Shown: positions 47,755-61,090 of the stretch, in pieces
Position numbering within the stretch: the first letter of the stretch is position 1
How the letters are laid out: every line of letters begins with the position of its first letter
Assembly (NCBI RefSeq): GCF_006345805.1
Contig: NC_043000.1
Coordinates: 14,942,001 to 15,006,000, forward strand
Direction: 5' to 3'
Length of the DNA: 64,000 bases
Source: Octopus sinensis
Taxonomy: Eukaryota
Made by a program: the position numbers and the translations under genes
Notes under the pieces: generated by a model
What the model saw: the letters and a program-made list of their open reading frames with translations, nothing else
What the model was told of the DNA's origin: nothing
Database searches by the model: none

Positions 47755-49678
47755 TCGGTTAATATAGGGCGTAACAAATATCAGAAAATCAAAAAAAAAT
47801 GTGTGTAATAGGTGTAAAACAACTTCCTATGAACGAATATGAAAAAAAAAATTCGCGCACGCGAAAGGGGGGTGGGGGAGAGGCCTCGGAAAATTCACAT
47901 CGGGAAGTTCCGAAAGCGTCTGAGGGGCTGACCCGGGCACCAAAACAAAAAAAAAATATGTAATATGTGTAAAAACTTGCTCTAAACGAACTTGCTCTAA
48001 CGAATATGACAAAAAAATGCGCTCTCGAGAAAGAGGGGTGGGGGAGAGGCCTCGGAATATTTATATCGGGAATTTCCGAAAGCGTCTGAACCGGGCACAA
48101 AAACAAAACAGCGTAATAGGTGTAAAACAACTTGCTCTAAACGACTATCATGAAAAAAATGCGCGCTCGCGAAAGGGGGGTGGGGGAGAGGCTTCGGAAA
48201 TTTCACATCTTCAGTCCACGGCCTTTAAACTAAGAAAAAATATGTAATTGGTGTAAAACTACTTGTTCTAAACGAGTATCAAGAACACACACTCACACAT
48301 GAATCATAAACTCCGTATTTCGCAAAAAAAAAATAAATAAAGAGAAGAAATTCTGGAAAAAGTGAAGAAATGTTGGATCTCCGCCATGTGAATCAAAATA
48401 CGTGTCAGAAACATCTTGAAATACTACAGAAATTATGTTACGAAAATGATAATGTATACATACCTCTTTGAGTGGTCCATCGATAATGATGATAAAGAAA
48501 TGAGTTGGATTTGAACTCAGAATATTGACTAACACAACTACATACTACAAGACTCAAAATATTCAGCCAAGTCACCACCCTTTAACTAGCAATAATAATA
48601 ACATCAATAACATAACAGCCAAAAGATTTATTTGTTCTGAAAATAACAATCATAGTAAATAAATGTTCTTTAATATTCACATTCATGTGCACAGTTAAAC
48701 ACACTTACATACAAACAGTCATGCATGCATAATACAGAACGGACACATAAATGAAGGATGCATTACTAAGTATATATTACATCTAGAGAATTTTGATTAA
48801 TAAGTCAAATATGCAAATTATAAAGATAATTAATTGCTTTACTAAACTGTTGTAAAGGTGAAAAAATAAATTTGGAAAAAAATACACGCCAAAACTAATT
48901 AATAAAGGATAATTAGGGAAGGATTGACACAAAATAATAATTTTTTCTGTCTCTTTTTTTCTGATAAATGCATCTTAATAAGTGAGAAGAATTGCATATA
49001 TCTGAACTATTTCAAAGAAAAGCATAAATTTAATGTTTAAAATAGCTTTAACCAAGGAATGAGATCCAACATTTCTTCACTTTTTCCAGAATTTCTTCTC
49101 TTTATTTATTTTTTTTGCGAAATACGGAGTTTATGATTCATGTGTGAGTGTGTGTTCTTGATACTCGTTTAGAACAAGTAGTTTTACACCAATTACACTA
49201 TTTTTTCTTAGTTTAAAGGCCGTGGACTGAAGATGTGAAATTTCCGAAGCCTCTCCCCCACCCCCCTTTCGCGAGCGCGCATTTTTTTTCATGATAGTCG
49301 TTTAGAGCAAGTTGTTTTACACCTATTACGCTGTTTTTGTTTTTGTGCCCGGTTCAGACGCTTTCGGAAATTCCCGATATAAATATTCCGAGGCCTCCCC
49401 CACCCCTCTTTCTCGAGAGCGCATTTTTTTTGTCATATTCGTTTAGAGCAAGTTGTTTTACACATATTACACTATTTTTTTTTTTGTTTTGGTGCCCGGG
49501 TCAGCTCCTCAGACGCTTTCGGAACTTCCCGATGTGAATTTTCCGAGGCCTCTCCCCCACCCCCCTTTCGCGTGCGCGAATTTTTTTTTTCATATTCGTT
49601 CATAGGAAGTTGTTTTACACCTATTACACACATTTTTTTTTTGATTTTCTGATATTTGTTACGCCCTATATTAACCGA
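47755..49678. mobile_element. Foldback-type DNA element with ~625-bp terminal inverted repeats
   Basis: 47755-48381 is the reverse complement of 49062-49678; each arm holds about three ~150-bp subrepeats; AT-rich non-coding core; flanked by AGAAA/AGAAA. Confidence 0.88.
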
Positions 49679-50516
49679 AGAAATTACGTTCATTTAAACA
49701 AAAGCAAACAGTAACTGAAATTGTCCCAGTCCAATGTCTGAGAAAAAAAAAATTTTTTTCAGAACGACCAAGATACATTATATAAAACGAATGTTAGACT
49801 TTTTGTGTTTCATGGTATTTTTAGCAAAATTCACCTATGAATAACTCTTTCACTTTGCTGCTAATATAAAGAAATAATGATTTTAAACATAGGTATAAGG
49901 CCACAAATTTGAGGAGGATGCGCTGAAATTGTTATAGAAGTGGTGTAGTCAATCGAATTGACTTTAATAACTCGTTTTATAAATTTCTACCAATTTTCCA
50001 TTCTGAATATTACCAGGAGTAGTGTTTTATGTGAAGTTTGGGAAGAGGAAAGATAGTGGAGTCCAAGTAAAGAGAATATGTAACTGCCTAGTTTAGAATG
50101 AGCTATTAGCTGTGCCAAAGTAGACAGTGGAAGACCTCTCTGGCTGAAGTTAGCAGCCAGCTTAAGTCTGAAATCTTCAATCCTCACAGAATTGAAATAG
50201 TATTTGAAATACATATATTGTATTGAATGCTGGCGGAGGGGGCCGTTAGCATCGCTTTCATATTATCATTTTTTCATTTTCATTTGCTCATAAATTTAAT
50301 CATATTGTTCTATGTCCCCCATGTTTTGTAATGTCCGCCATTCTTCGTGGCCCCTGGTGGGTAATAAAGAAATAACATATATTGTATTGAAGGCTTAACT
50401 TAATGTTTCTCAACCATTTTTTTTTTCACTGTGGACCCCTTTAATTCCTATTTTATTTAAATGGACCCTCCTAGCCATTTTATGTTTAAAACGTCCTATT
50501 ATATTTTTATGATTAA

Positions 50517-50905
50517 CCCTTTCGTTACTGTATTTATTTTGAGATGCTCTGTTTCTTTCAATTACTTCAAATATAACAAAGAATTTAGTAAAATAACTTA
50601 GTTATCATTCAGCTAGTGTTAGGAACATAAATTGTGACTAAGGTTTGGTGGAAGATTTTTGCTGAAGCATGGAATAAACTGCCTGCGTCAGTTGTTGACT
50701 GCCATGACACTGCATCCTTTAAGGCCCTCATGCTTCCCGAAATCCGTCGAAACTACACCTGATTATATATACACTTTAGATGAGTTGTAGTGCACCTGAG
50801 CACTGTACACAATGTTTATTATTATTATTAATTCAAAACTTATGGAAACAAGACATTTGTACTACAGAGCCAGAGCCGGTTTCAGCCAGGTTGGTAACAA
50901 AAGGG
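50517..50905. mobile_element. piggyBac-type MITE
   Basis: TTAA on both sides; TIRs ccctttcgttac and gtaacaaaaggg. Confidence 0.82.
50661..50830 (+). mobile_element. 3' end of a CR1/L2-group LINE
   Basis: AEAWNKLPASVVDCHDTASFKALM...-stop, then a short UTR and an (ATT)n tail. Confidence 0.7.
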
Positions 50906-51762
50906 TTAAATATTATTGCCAGTACCGGCTGACTGGTCCCATGCCAGTGGCACATAAGAAGCACCATTCTAGCATGGTCAATGCCAGTACCACCTGACTG
51001 GCCCTCGTGCTGGTAGCATGTAAAAAAAAGCACCCACTACACTCCCAGAGTGGTTGGCGTTAGGAAGGGCATCCAGCTGTAGAAACTTTGCCTGATCAGA
51101 TTGGAGCCTGGTGCAGCCTCCTGGCTTTCCAAACCTCAGTCAAACCATCCAACCTATGCCAGCATGGAAAGCAGGCGTTCAACGATGATGATGATGATTA
51201 TTAGGAATTGTATTTTTTAAAATTAAGATATTTTGTGACTTGTAGAAGTATAACAAATTTATTACACATAGATTTTAACTAAATCTTTTATGACCCCCCC
51301 CCACCCCAAGGGCCATATGGTTGAAAACCATTGGCTTAACTAATTCAAATCAGTATGGGACAAAAGACCAAAGTATGGCTACATTGACAATGGTGATGGG
51401 GATACAATCATCATCATTTAACGTCCGTTTTCCATGCTGGCATGGGTTGGACGGTTTGACTGAGGACTAGCCTACCAGGAGGCTGCATCAGACTCCAATT
51501 TGATCTGGCCAGTGTTTCTACAGCTGGATGCCCTTCCTAACGCCAACCACTCCAAGAGTGTAGTGGGTGCTTTTTACGTGTCACCGGCACGACCCACGCA
51601 TGAATGGTGCTTATTGTGTGCCACCAGCACTGGTATCAGTCAGAACTACAATTTCAATATAAATTGAAATCTATTTTATCTACTCTTCTAACTTAATAGC
51701 ACGTTACAAATTGTTCCCTTCTTTTATTTTAATCTCAATTCTCTTGTACTCTTATATTTCAG

Positions 51763-51925
51763 CCAAAATAGATATTCTGATTTACTCTCTCAAATACCCA
51801 AGCTACTGACCCAAATTGGAGAGCATGTTCTTTCTCCCACCAATCCAAGTGAAAATGTCAGTTCCAGTTCTAAGTGTTATGTTTCCTGTATAAAGATTAA
51901 TGGTGTACCAATCTTACCTCCAATT
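51763..51925 (+). CDS. CCP110: CP110 exon 2
   Basis: tttcag acceptor and gtaagt donor; ends ...YVSCIKINGVPILPPI, matching the conserved CP110 N-terminal motif (human SLIRFHGVAILSPL). Confidence 0.85.
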
Positions 51926-51959
51926 GTAAGTACAAGAAACTTGAAATTATATTTATATA

Positions 51960-52845
51960 CTAGCTGGCTCTGTGCCATCAAAAGTGACACTAACTGTAGT
52001 ATTTTATATATAAATAAGGTACATAATCACAGATACAAACATTCACATACTTCCCTTGTACATGCACGCACATATATACTCACACAGATTTGAAACATTG
52101 TTTGATTTTTCGTTTCAGCATTGAATGTTTACCATCCCACTTCCATTGCACACGCACATACACATACACACAAACATTCACTTGACACCCTTTTATATAC
52201 ACACGTATATACTGAAGCAGAGTTGAAATTCTGTTTGATTTTTTTTTTTACCATAGAACTTCCATCATCCCACTACCAAGTTTGCCCTCACTCCCTTCCT
52301 TCTTTATTCATATATTGTGACAGAGAAATACACAAGAGTTATTATTATAGAAGATATGGATGGTAAATCAAATTAATACACTTGTCAGTGTTCACATACA
52401 TTCACATACCTCCTTTGCACATGCATACAAATACATATACTCACACAGTTGAAATGCTGTTTGATTTTTTTTTCAGCATTGAACATTCACCATCCCATTT
52501 CCCTTGCACACACATTCACACACTTCCTTTTACATACACACACACATACTCACACAGTTGAAACGCTGATTTCTATTTTTTTTCACCCCTTCCTTTCTCA
52601 TTCATATGTTGTGACAGAAAAACAGAAGATACACAACTTGCTCTTTTCCACTTCCTCTCTCTCATTGCTATTACTTTCTCTCACTCCCTTTCAGTCAGGG
52701 CTATTACTCTCACTACTTCTCCTTCACTGAATTACTATTTTCTCTTTCTCTTCATTTATACTACTCTGCATGATTTTGGACAAATATATATATATATATA
52801 TATATATATTCAAATATATAAAAACACTACGCTCATTATATTAGA
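51960..52845 (-). mobile_element. Non-autonomous Helitron in CCP110 intron 2
   Basis: Minus strand reads A|TCTAATATAATGAGC at 52845; 3' CTAG at 51960-51963 followed by T, with an imperfect hairpin (gtgcca...tgacac) about 8 nt inside; degenerate internal duplication. Confidence 0.6.
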
Positions 52846-54583
52846 TTTTCTTATGATGGTGAGGGTTACGCTAAATGCTATATAGCATCTAGTTTAATGC
52901 CTCACTTCTCTAAATTCTAGTCCTTCATCAGTTGGTTTTAGCCTTTTACCCTTCCTGGGTAAATGAAGTAGTGTCAGAAATAAATTGGAATCTTGTCAAT
53001 TAACTATACCACTTTCCTTTATTCAAAAGCCTTGTATCTGTAAAATAAATCTTTAAATGTGTATGTTTGGGGATGTAAGTGTTTGCATTCCTGCTCAGCC
53101 GAACGCATTTGGTTTATATCTGCCTAACTCTTTGGTGTTTTCATTCTATTGCAAATATTTGAACCAGACATCCAGTTCTCTCCTTTCCCAAGTTTTTCTT
53201 GCTGATGCTCCACAAAAGGTATTCTTTTCTCCAAAGGCGGCGAGCTGGCAGAAACGTTAGCACGCCGGGCGAAATGCTTAGCGGTATTTCGTCTGCTGTT
53301 ACGTTGTGAGTTCAAATTCCGCCGAGGTCGACTTTGCCTTTCATCCTTTCGGGGTCGATAAATTAAGTACCAGTTACGCACTGGGGTCGATGTAATCGAT
53401 TTAATACCTATGTCTGTCCTTGTTTGTCCCCTCTGTGTTTAGCCCCTTGTGGGTAATAAAGAAATAGGTATTCTTTTCTCCTCTAGGCACAAGGCCCAAA
53501 ATTTTTGGTGAGGGGGCCAGTCGGTTAGATCGACCCCAGTATGCAACTGGTACTTAATTTGCTTCACGAAAGGTATTACTTACACCATTCTCACCAGTCT
53601 GGAAGGGTCTGCGAGTGCCATTGTCACTTCTCCTCTATCCCTGATTGACTCTTTAATAAAATAAGTAGGGATTTTTGTCCATTCAAAGCTAAGGCTCTAC
53701 TCAATCACCACTCAAAATCTCCTGTACTGCTAAAGGAACATATACACCTTACACTTACGTATTTTATGCATGTATGTATACACTCGTGTATGTATACAGA
53801 CACACAATGTATTTACTCACTTACTTGCATACACATTTTCATACACAAAGTTAAATGATGATGATATGACTCACTGATGAAATAGTAGTTCTAGTGGAAG
53901 AGACAAAACCTGGAATATATGAAAAGTGATAAGATTAGATGGAGATGCAATGGCCCAGTGGTTAGGGCAGCGGACTCGCGGATCGCAGTTTCGATTCCCA
54001 GACTGGGCGTTGTGTGTGTTTATTGAGCGGAAACACCTAAAAATTCCACGAGGCTCCGGCAGGGGTGGTAGCGACCCCTGTTGTACTTTTTCATCACAAC
54101 TTTCTCTCACTCTCTCTTCCTGTTTCTTGAGTAACGCTGCAATGGACTGGTGTCCCATCCAGCTGGGGGGAACACATACACCACAGAAACCGGGCCCATG
54201 AGTCTGGCTAGGCTTGAAGAGGGCGACGATAAGATTAGATCTGAAGATGCTGAACTTGATGGATGAAGTGACACAAGATCAACAAAAGTAGCAATACATC
54301 ATAATGCATATCAGCCTGACCCATACAAATGAAAATCGTTTTCATATATTCACTTTTTATATATTCCATGTTTCGCCCTTTCTACTAGAACTCCTATTTC
54401 ATCATTGAGTCATATCATCATCATTCAACATGTTTTTCATGCTGGCATGGGTTGGATGGTTTAACAGGATCTGGTGAGCTGCAGGGCTGCATCAAGCTCA
54501 AGTGTCAGCTTTGGCATATTTTCTACAGCTGGATGCCCTCAATGCCAGCCACTTTACAGTGAGTACTGGGTGCTTTAAGTATG

Positions 54584-54970
54584 CCCTAAAGTCCAACCCC
54601 TCCTCAAAGCAGTAGGGTGGTGTGAACGGGCAGTGTCAGGGCTATGCCTTCGGGAACTTCGGTTCCTGGTATGGCCACCCAAGACGGATTGGTCTGGCAC
54701 TGAGTGGTATTAGGGCTGCAGCCTGGCCAACGGGGTTCTGGTGAAAATTCCAAGAGGCGTCTGATCGGCAACCAGCAGCTTCGAGGTTGTTCTGTCCCTG
54801 CGTCTGTGGAGACTCCGCAGCAAACAGGGCGTCCCATCACTTGGGATATGTGTGTGGGGTGTTGGGGACCGCTTGTGAATTCAATATTCCCACGAAACTT
54901 CTTCTTCATGATGCCATCAGGACCAGAGAAGAAGCCGGCTCTACCCGCCCTGGGTGAATGCCGTCACAAG
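54584..54970 (+). mobile_element. GC-rich non-autonomous retroposon, RTE-5'UTR-like, in CCP110 intron 2
   Basis: 8-bp TSD TAAGTATG; aagtaagt tail; ggccacccaagacgga motif reminiscent of RTE/BovB leaders. Confidence 0.55.
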
Positions 54971-55118
54971 TAAGTATGTATATGCTTTTGTATCTGCACA
55001 TCTTGTTTTCAAATTGAGAGTACAAGTGTTTAAGATCATAACTACTAGAATAGCAAAATGAAGTTGGACTTGACTGTAAAGGTATTAGAATTCTAATTAC
55101 ATGATTTGTCTTTCAAAG

Positions 55119-55226
55119 CTTACTGAAGCTGAAAGAGAAGAAATGAGACGATACAGAGATGAAGCTGTCAGACGGATGCAGCAACGTAACCAAAGAAAAA
55201 GAACATTGACAGATACTTCTGCTTCT
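55119..55226 (+). CDS. CCP110: CP110 exon 3
   Basis: LTEAEREEMRRYRDEAVRRMQQRNQRKRTLTDTSAS continues the CP110 motif (human LNIEKRKEMQQEKQKA); 108 nt, phase 0; gtaagt donor. Confidence 0.85.
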
Positions 55227-56066
55227 GTAAGTAAATTATTTTTAGTACTTATAACAGAATTTTCCTTGTTTTCAAATTTTTAATTCTTTGTTGGGATGGA
55301 TAAAGCCTAAGATATTGCCTGAATCTCTATATTGTAAGTGTTTGGACTGGACATTATTCTCACCAGTCTATGAGAGTCCAAAAGAGTTGTGCACACTGCA
55401 TTTCTTCTAGTTAACTTGTAAAAGAAAAATAGCCTGGTAGATTTATGCATATGGCTGGAGCAGCTAAATAACTGTTACCTCAAATTAGCTTCTGTAGTTG
55501 TCATCCAGTGAAGGCGCATGGCTCAATGGTTAGAGCATCAGGCTCACAATCATGAGGTAATGAGTTAAATTCCCAAACCAGGCTGTGGGTTGAGTTCTTG
55601 AGCAAGACACTTTATTTTCATGTTGCTCTAATTCACTCAGCTGTAGAAATGGGTAGTGATGTCACTGGTGCCAGCCTTTGCCTTTCCCTTGGATAGCATC
55701 AGTGGTGTGAAGAGAGGAGGCTTGTATGCACAGGCGACTGCTGGTCTTCCATAAACAACCTTGTCCAGACTTGTGCCTCGGAGGGGAACTTTCTAGGTTA
55801 ATCCCATGGTTATTCATGACCAAAGGGAGTCTTGACTCTTTTAGTTATCATCCATATTTTCAGCTATTTTTCTCAACTAAGGCAAATAAATATATGTGAT
55901 ATGATTTAAGATGCTAATCATGGATTAACTATATTATTTTTAGATTATCACCATCTTATCCAGCCAGCACTCCAAATTTCTTTTGTTTTGTTATATAATC
56001 TATTATAACTCTGTATTATTTCTCATTGTAATTTATGAATTCATAAGCAAAATTATCACATTTCAG

Positions 56067-57614
56067 ATTAACTCTTCTACTGTTGCTGAGAACATTTCAA
56101 ATCCTCTTCTGGAACATGACAGAACTGCACTATTTCATGACAATATTACAATACCTGGGTGTGTACCTGAAGACAAATCTTCAGACAATCTTCAACAGTC
56201 TTCATTTCCAGAAGAACTTGTTCCCCAACTTTCACATGAACTAATCCCTCCAAAAGATGAAATCTCTTTTCAAGAGAATAGAGGACAGACAAATTTAAAT
56301 TCACCTACAGAGAACAGAGCAGAGACAATTTTAAATTCACCTACAGAGAACAGAGCAGAGACAATTTTAAATTCACCTACAGAGAACAGAGAAGAAACAA
56401 ATTTAAATTCACCTACAGAGAACAGAGAAGAGGCAAATTCAAGTTCACCTTCATCCAAATTAAGATATTGTGACAATTTACTGATTACCAGCTCTCTGTC
56501 TGACTTGGGCTCCTTAGAAGAAGGTTCATTACCCACCGAAATGAATGGTATACCTCTAACTTCCCGATATGAGCAACAAATTACTAAGGATCTTTCAACT
56601 CTTATTAAACATTTACCTGACAATTGTAGTTCTGACAATTCTGACTTTAGTGATTTTATTTCTGTTTCCAACTTTGATTTAATCTGTGAATCTTCTGAGC
56701 TTGATAAGGAAAATCCTCCTGTCACTAAATCATCTTCAGATGAACCAGTAATTTGTTCGTTTCTTTCCAATATGAAACCAAGTACAAGTGATTCCTCTCT
56801 CCATTTACCAAATGATGCATCCCAAAATGTTCTGAGGGCTCCTATATTTCTCACGGATGAAAATGGTTTGGAATTGCATGCATTGCCAGCTGAAAATCAA
56901 AGTTCAATGCAAACTAGTATTAATAAAGAGCAAGGATGGATCATGACCTCTCCTTTAATTGCTTATGTCACCAAGAAACGACCTGAAACAGTAGGCATGT
57001 CTTCCAATTCATCTCAAAAGCCCATTAAAATCCAACAGGCAGCAAACGCCACCTTTACAATTGACCCCGAAGACGACGGAGAAGAAGGTCAACTTGTCCG
57101 GCCTGTAATATCTAGCCATCAAGATTCTTTGGGTGCTGATGTTTGTCAAACAGACTATAGTAATAACTCCGTTTCTCCTAAAGCTAAACTAAACCAGTCA
57201 TGTAATAATAATAATGTTAATAACAACAACTCTGTCCAGGTTCATTCTTCAAATCAAGAGCAAATCTTTACAAATCATCAGAATACAAATCCTGCTGTTT
57301 TGCCAGCAAATTTGAACATTTCTTGTAATTCAAGTAAAAGAGACAAGACTTTCATCGCTGCTAGTTCAAATGAATCTAAGTCAGAGGACGATGAACCCAA
57401 AATGCTGTTGTCATTTTTGTCTTCACCACATAATTTATCTCTCGAAGACCATTTCAGCGATGATTCTTTGGATGAACTTTTATTTGGGATTGACAAAATT
57501 GGATTTGTTCCACGGAAGGATGGTGATGGCAGTGACTTGAAGGATTTAAGCAATCCAGTCAAAACAGGTGCTATAAATAAAAAATGCAATTCTAAGCAGC
57601 CAGCTAAGGCACAA
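56067..57614 (+). CDS. CCP110: CP110 large low-complexity exon 4
   Basis: 1548-nt open frame inside ORF 55983-57704, bounded by tttcag and gtaagt; phase 0/0; Ser/Asn-rich. Confidence 0.82.
56285..56440 (+). repeat. Coding 36-bp minisatellite (about 4 copies of xLNSPTENRxEx) in CP110 exon 4
   Basis: ttaaattcacctacagagaacagag repeated four times in frame. Confidence 0.9.
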
Positions 57615-60600
57615 GTAAGTTTTTATATTATTTATTTATATCATCATCATCATCATCATTGTTTAACGTTCGCTTTCCATGCTGGCATGGGTTGGACAAT
57701 TTGACTGAGGACTAGTGAACCAAATGGCTGCACCAGGCTCCAATCTGATCTGGCAGTTTCTACAGCTGGATGCCCTTCCTAATGCCAACCATTCTAAGAG
57801 TGTAGCGGGTGCTTTTACGTGCCACCGGCACGAGGGCCAGTCAGGCAGTACTAGCAACAGCCATGCTCAAATGGTATTTTTTACATGCCACCTGCACAGG
57901 AGCTAGTCCAGCGGCACTGGCGACAAGATAGATATATATATATAATGTATATTTTTCTTAAATCTTTTTGCTTGTTTCTGTCATTAGACTACAGCTATAC
58001 TGGGGCCTCTGCCTTGAAGGGTTTAGTCAATTGAATCAATTCCAGTACTTACACTATTGGTCTCAATTTTGCTGAACCACTAAGTTAAGGAGGACCTAAA
58101 CAAACCAACACAGGTTATTAAACTGCAGTGAAGGACACACACATGCACACATAATTGATGACGAGCTTTTTTCGCTTCCTGTCTATCAAATTCATTCACA
58201 GGTCACTGGCTGGTCTGGGAGCTATAGTAGATGCTTGCCCATAGTGCCACACAGTGTGACTCAACCTGGAACTGTGGTTGGGAAGTAATCTTTTTACCAC
58301 ACAGCCACACCTGCACCTATATATATACACACACACACATATACTTTTACACTTTTATTTGTTTCAGTCATTTGACTGTGGCCATGCTGGAGCACCACCT
58401 TTAGTCAAACAAATTGACCTCAGGACTTATTCTTTGTAAGCCTAGTACTTATTCCATCAGTTTCTTTTGCCAAACTGCTAAGTTATGAGGACGTAAACAC
58501 ACCAGCATCAGTTGTCAGACACGCAAACATACGCGCACACACATATATTTATATACAACAGGCTTTCAGTTTCCATCTACCAAATCCACTCACAAGGCTT
58601 TGGTCAGCCCAAGGCTATAGTAGAAGACACTTGCCCAAGGTGCCATGCAGTGGCACTGAATCCAGAGCCATGTCATTGGTAAGCAAGCTACTTACCACAC
58701 AGTCACTTTTTTTAAAGTATAAAATTTAAAGCATTTACTCCTTACAACTACATTTCAAATTCTTTCCTTGAATATTTATTGCCTGAAAACTCACCTTGCT
58801 TAGGAACAGGTGAGGGTTAGCAACGGGGAGGGCATCCAGCCATAGAAAATCTGCCTCAGTTAATTTTGTCCCATCCATACAAGTATGGAAAAGTGGACAT
58901 TAAATTATGACAATGTTAAACACTTGTTAGTGTCATTATTACTGATGCCAGCACTGCCTTGACTGGCTTCTGTGCCAGTGGCATGTAAAAAGCACCAACC
59001 GATCGTGGCCACTGCCAGCCTCCTCTGGCACCTGTGCCGGTGGCACGTAAAAAGCACCCACTACACTCACAGAGTGGTTGGCATTAGGAAGGGCATCCAG
59101 CTGTAGAAACACTGCCAGATCAGACTGGAACCTGGTGCAGCCTCCTGGCTTCCCAGACCCCGGTTGAACCGTCCAACCCGTGCTAGCACAGAAAACAGAT
59201 GTTAAACGATGATGATAATGAGGAATTTATTGCTGGCATTACTGGTCATCTTCTTATTCTCTCCTCCACTACCCTCTTATAACTCTATTCCTCCCACCAT
59301 GCATTTGCTTCTCTCACCGCTCTCTCTTCTGTTCTTCCACTTAGAGAATCTGAGCCTGTTGTTTTGTGAAGGACAAGTCAACATGAAGAGTACTGATACC
59401 ATGATAAAATGCACTCAGTCCATGGTAAAGTGATTGAAAAATTGAGCCAAAGCAACATAGTCAAGAGGGCTCTTTAGTCTTATCAAGAGCATTACCACAT
59501 TTTTGGTTCCACAAAATAAAAAAACACCTAGTACACCCAGTACTAGGTTGGTGTTAGAAATGGTATCCAGCTGAAGAAACCATGCCAAAACTTGAGACAT
59601 GTGAACTAGGCATGAGCCTCTGACTTGTCTAGGAAGGCAGTAATTCCATATAAATTCTGACTTTGACTATGATACCCCATCTAATCCATGCCAGCTTGGC
59701 AGACAGGCACAGAGATAATGATTAGGAGGATGATTTGGTAGTATCATTATATTGATACAGGTAAAAAGCACCGACCAATCGTGGCCGTTTGCCAGCCTCA
59801 TCTGGCACCTGTGCCGGTGACATGTAAAAAGCACCCACTACACTCATGGAGTGGTTGGCGTTAGGAAAGGCATCCAGCTGTAGAAACATTGCTAGATCAG
59901 ACTAGGCCTGGTGCAGCCTTCTGGCTTCCCAGACCCCAGTTGAACCATCCAACCCATGCTAGCATGGAAAGCAGACGCTAAATGATGATGATGCAATTTT
60001 GGCTCAAGACCAGTGATTTTGAAGGGAGTGATCAGTTCATTTCTCCAACCCCAATACTCAACTGATACTTGTTTTGTTACCCAGAAAGGGTGAAAAGCAA
60101 AGTTGATCTTGGAGGCATTTGGACTCAGAACATAGAGGGCTTGAAGAACTGCTGCTAAGCATTTTGTCTGGTGTATGAATGATTCTGCCAGCTTGCCATC
60201 TGATATAATATTAATATATAAGGCCGCAAGCTGGACAAAAGGCTTGAGGGCATTTTATCTGTCTTCATGTTCTAAGTTCAAATTCCATTGAACGGTCAAC
60301 TTTTCCTTTCCTTCTTTCACATCATCATCATCATCATCATTTAGCGTCCGCTCTCCATGCTAGCATGGGTTGGACGGTTCAACTGGGGTCTGGGAAGCCA
60401 GAAGGCTGCACCAGGCCCAGTCTGATCTGGCAATGTTTCTACGGCTGGATGCCCTTCCTAACGCCAACCACTCCGTGAGTGTAGTGGGTGCTTTGTGCAT
60501 GCCACCGGCACTGGTATCACAGCTACAATTTCCATTGATGTTGATTGATTTTGATTTTGATCAGTCAATAAAATAAGTACTGGTCTTGTATTCTCTCTCT

Positions 60601-61090
60601 CTCTTTCCCCGTCTGTCTTGATAGACAATGGGTTTGGTCTTGTATTGGGATTGATAAAATCAATTAGCCCTCTCCCACAAAATTTCAGGCCTTGTGGAAA
60701 GGATTATTATATTAATATATCATTTAAGGTGGCAAGCTGGCAGTATTGTTAGCACGCTGGGCAAAATGCTTAGCAGTATTTCGTCTGCCGTTACGTTCTG
60801 GGTTCAAATTCTGCTGAGGTCAACTCTGCCTTTCATCCTTTCGGGGTCAATGAAATAAGTACCAGTTATGTACTGGGTCAATGTAATCAACTAACCCCCT
60901 CTCCTCAAATTTCAGGCCTTGTGCCTGTAGTAGAAAGGATATTAATATCATTCATTATATTAATATCACATTAATATTCATGTGAAAAATCTATTGTATA
61001 TTTTTTATTTTAATCACTTTCTAGTAAGAGTTCTCTTTTGTTAAGGTGTAATAATATTCATACATTCATCTCTAAATTATTCTTTTCCAG

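Larger units (their letters stand above)
50401..51333. mobile_element. hAT-type MITE with nested insertions
   Basis: TIRs taatgtttctcaacc and ggttgaaaaccattg; perfect 8-bp TSD GCTTAACT. Confidence 0.8.

Noticed and set aside
56270-57589. Minus-strand ORFs of 194 and 103 aa
   Set aside because: Antisense shadows of the CP110 exon with no independent protein features.
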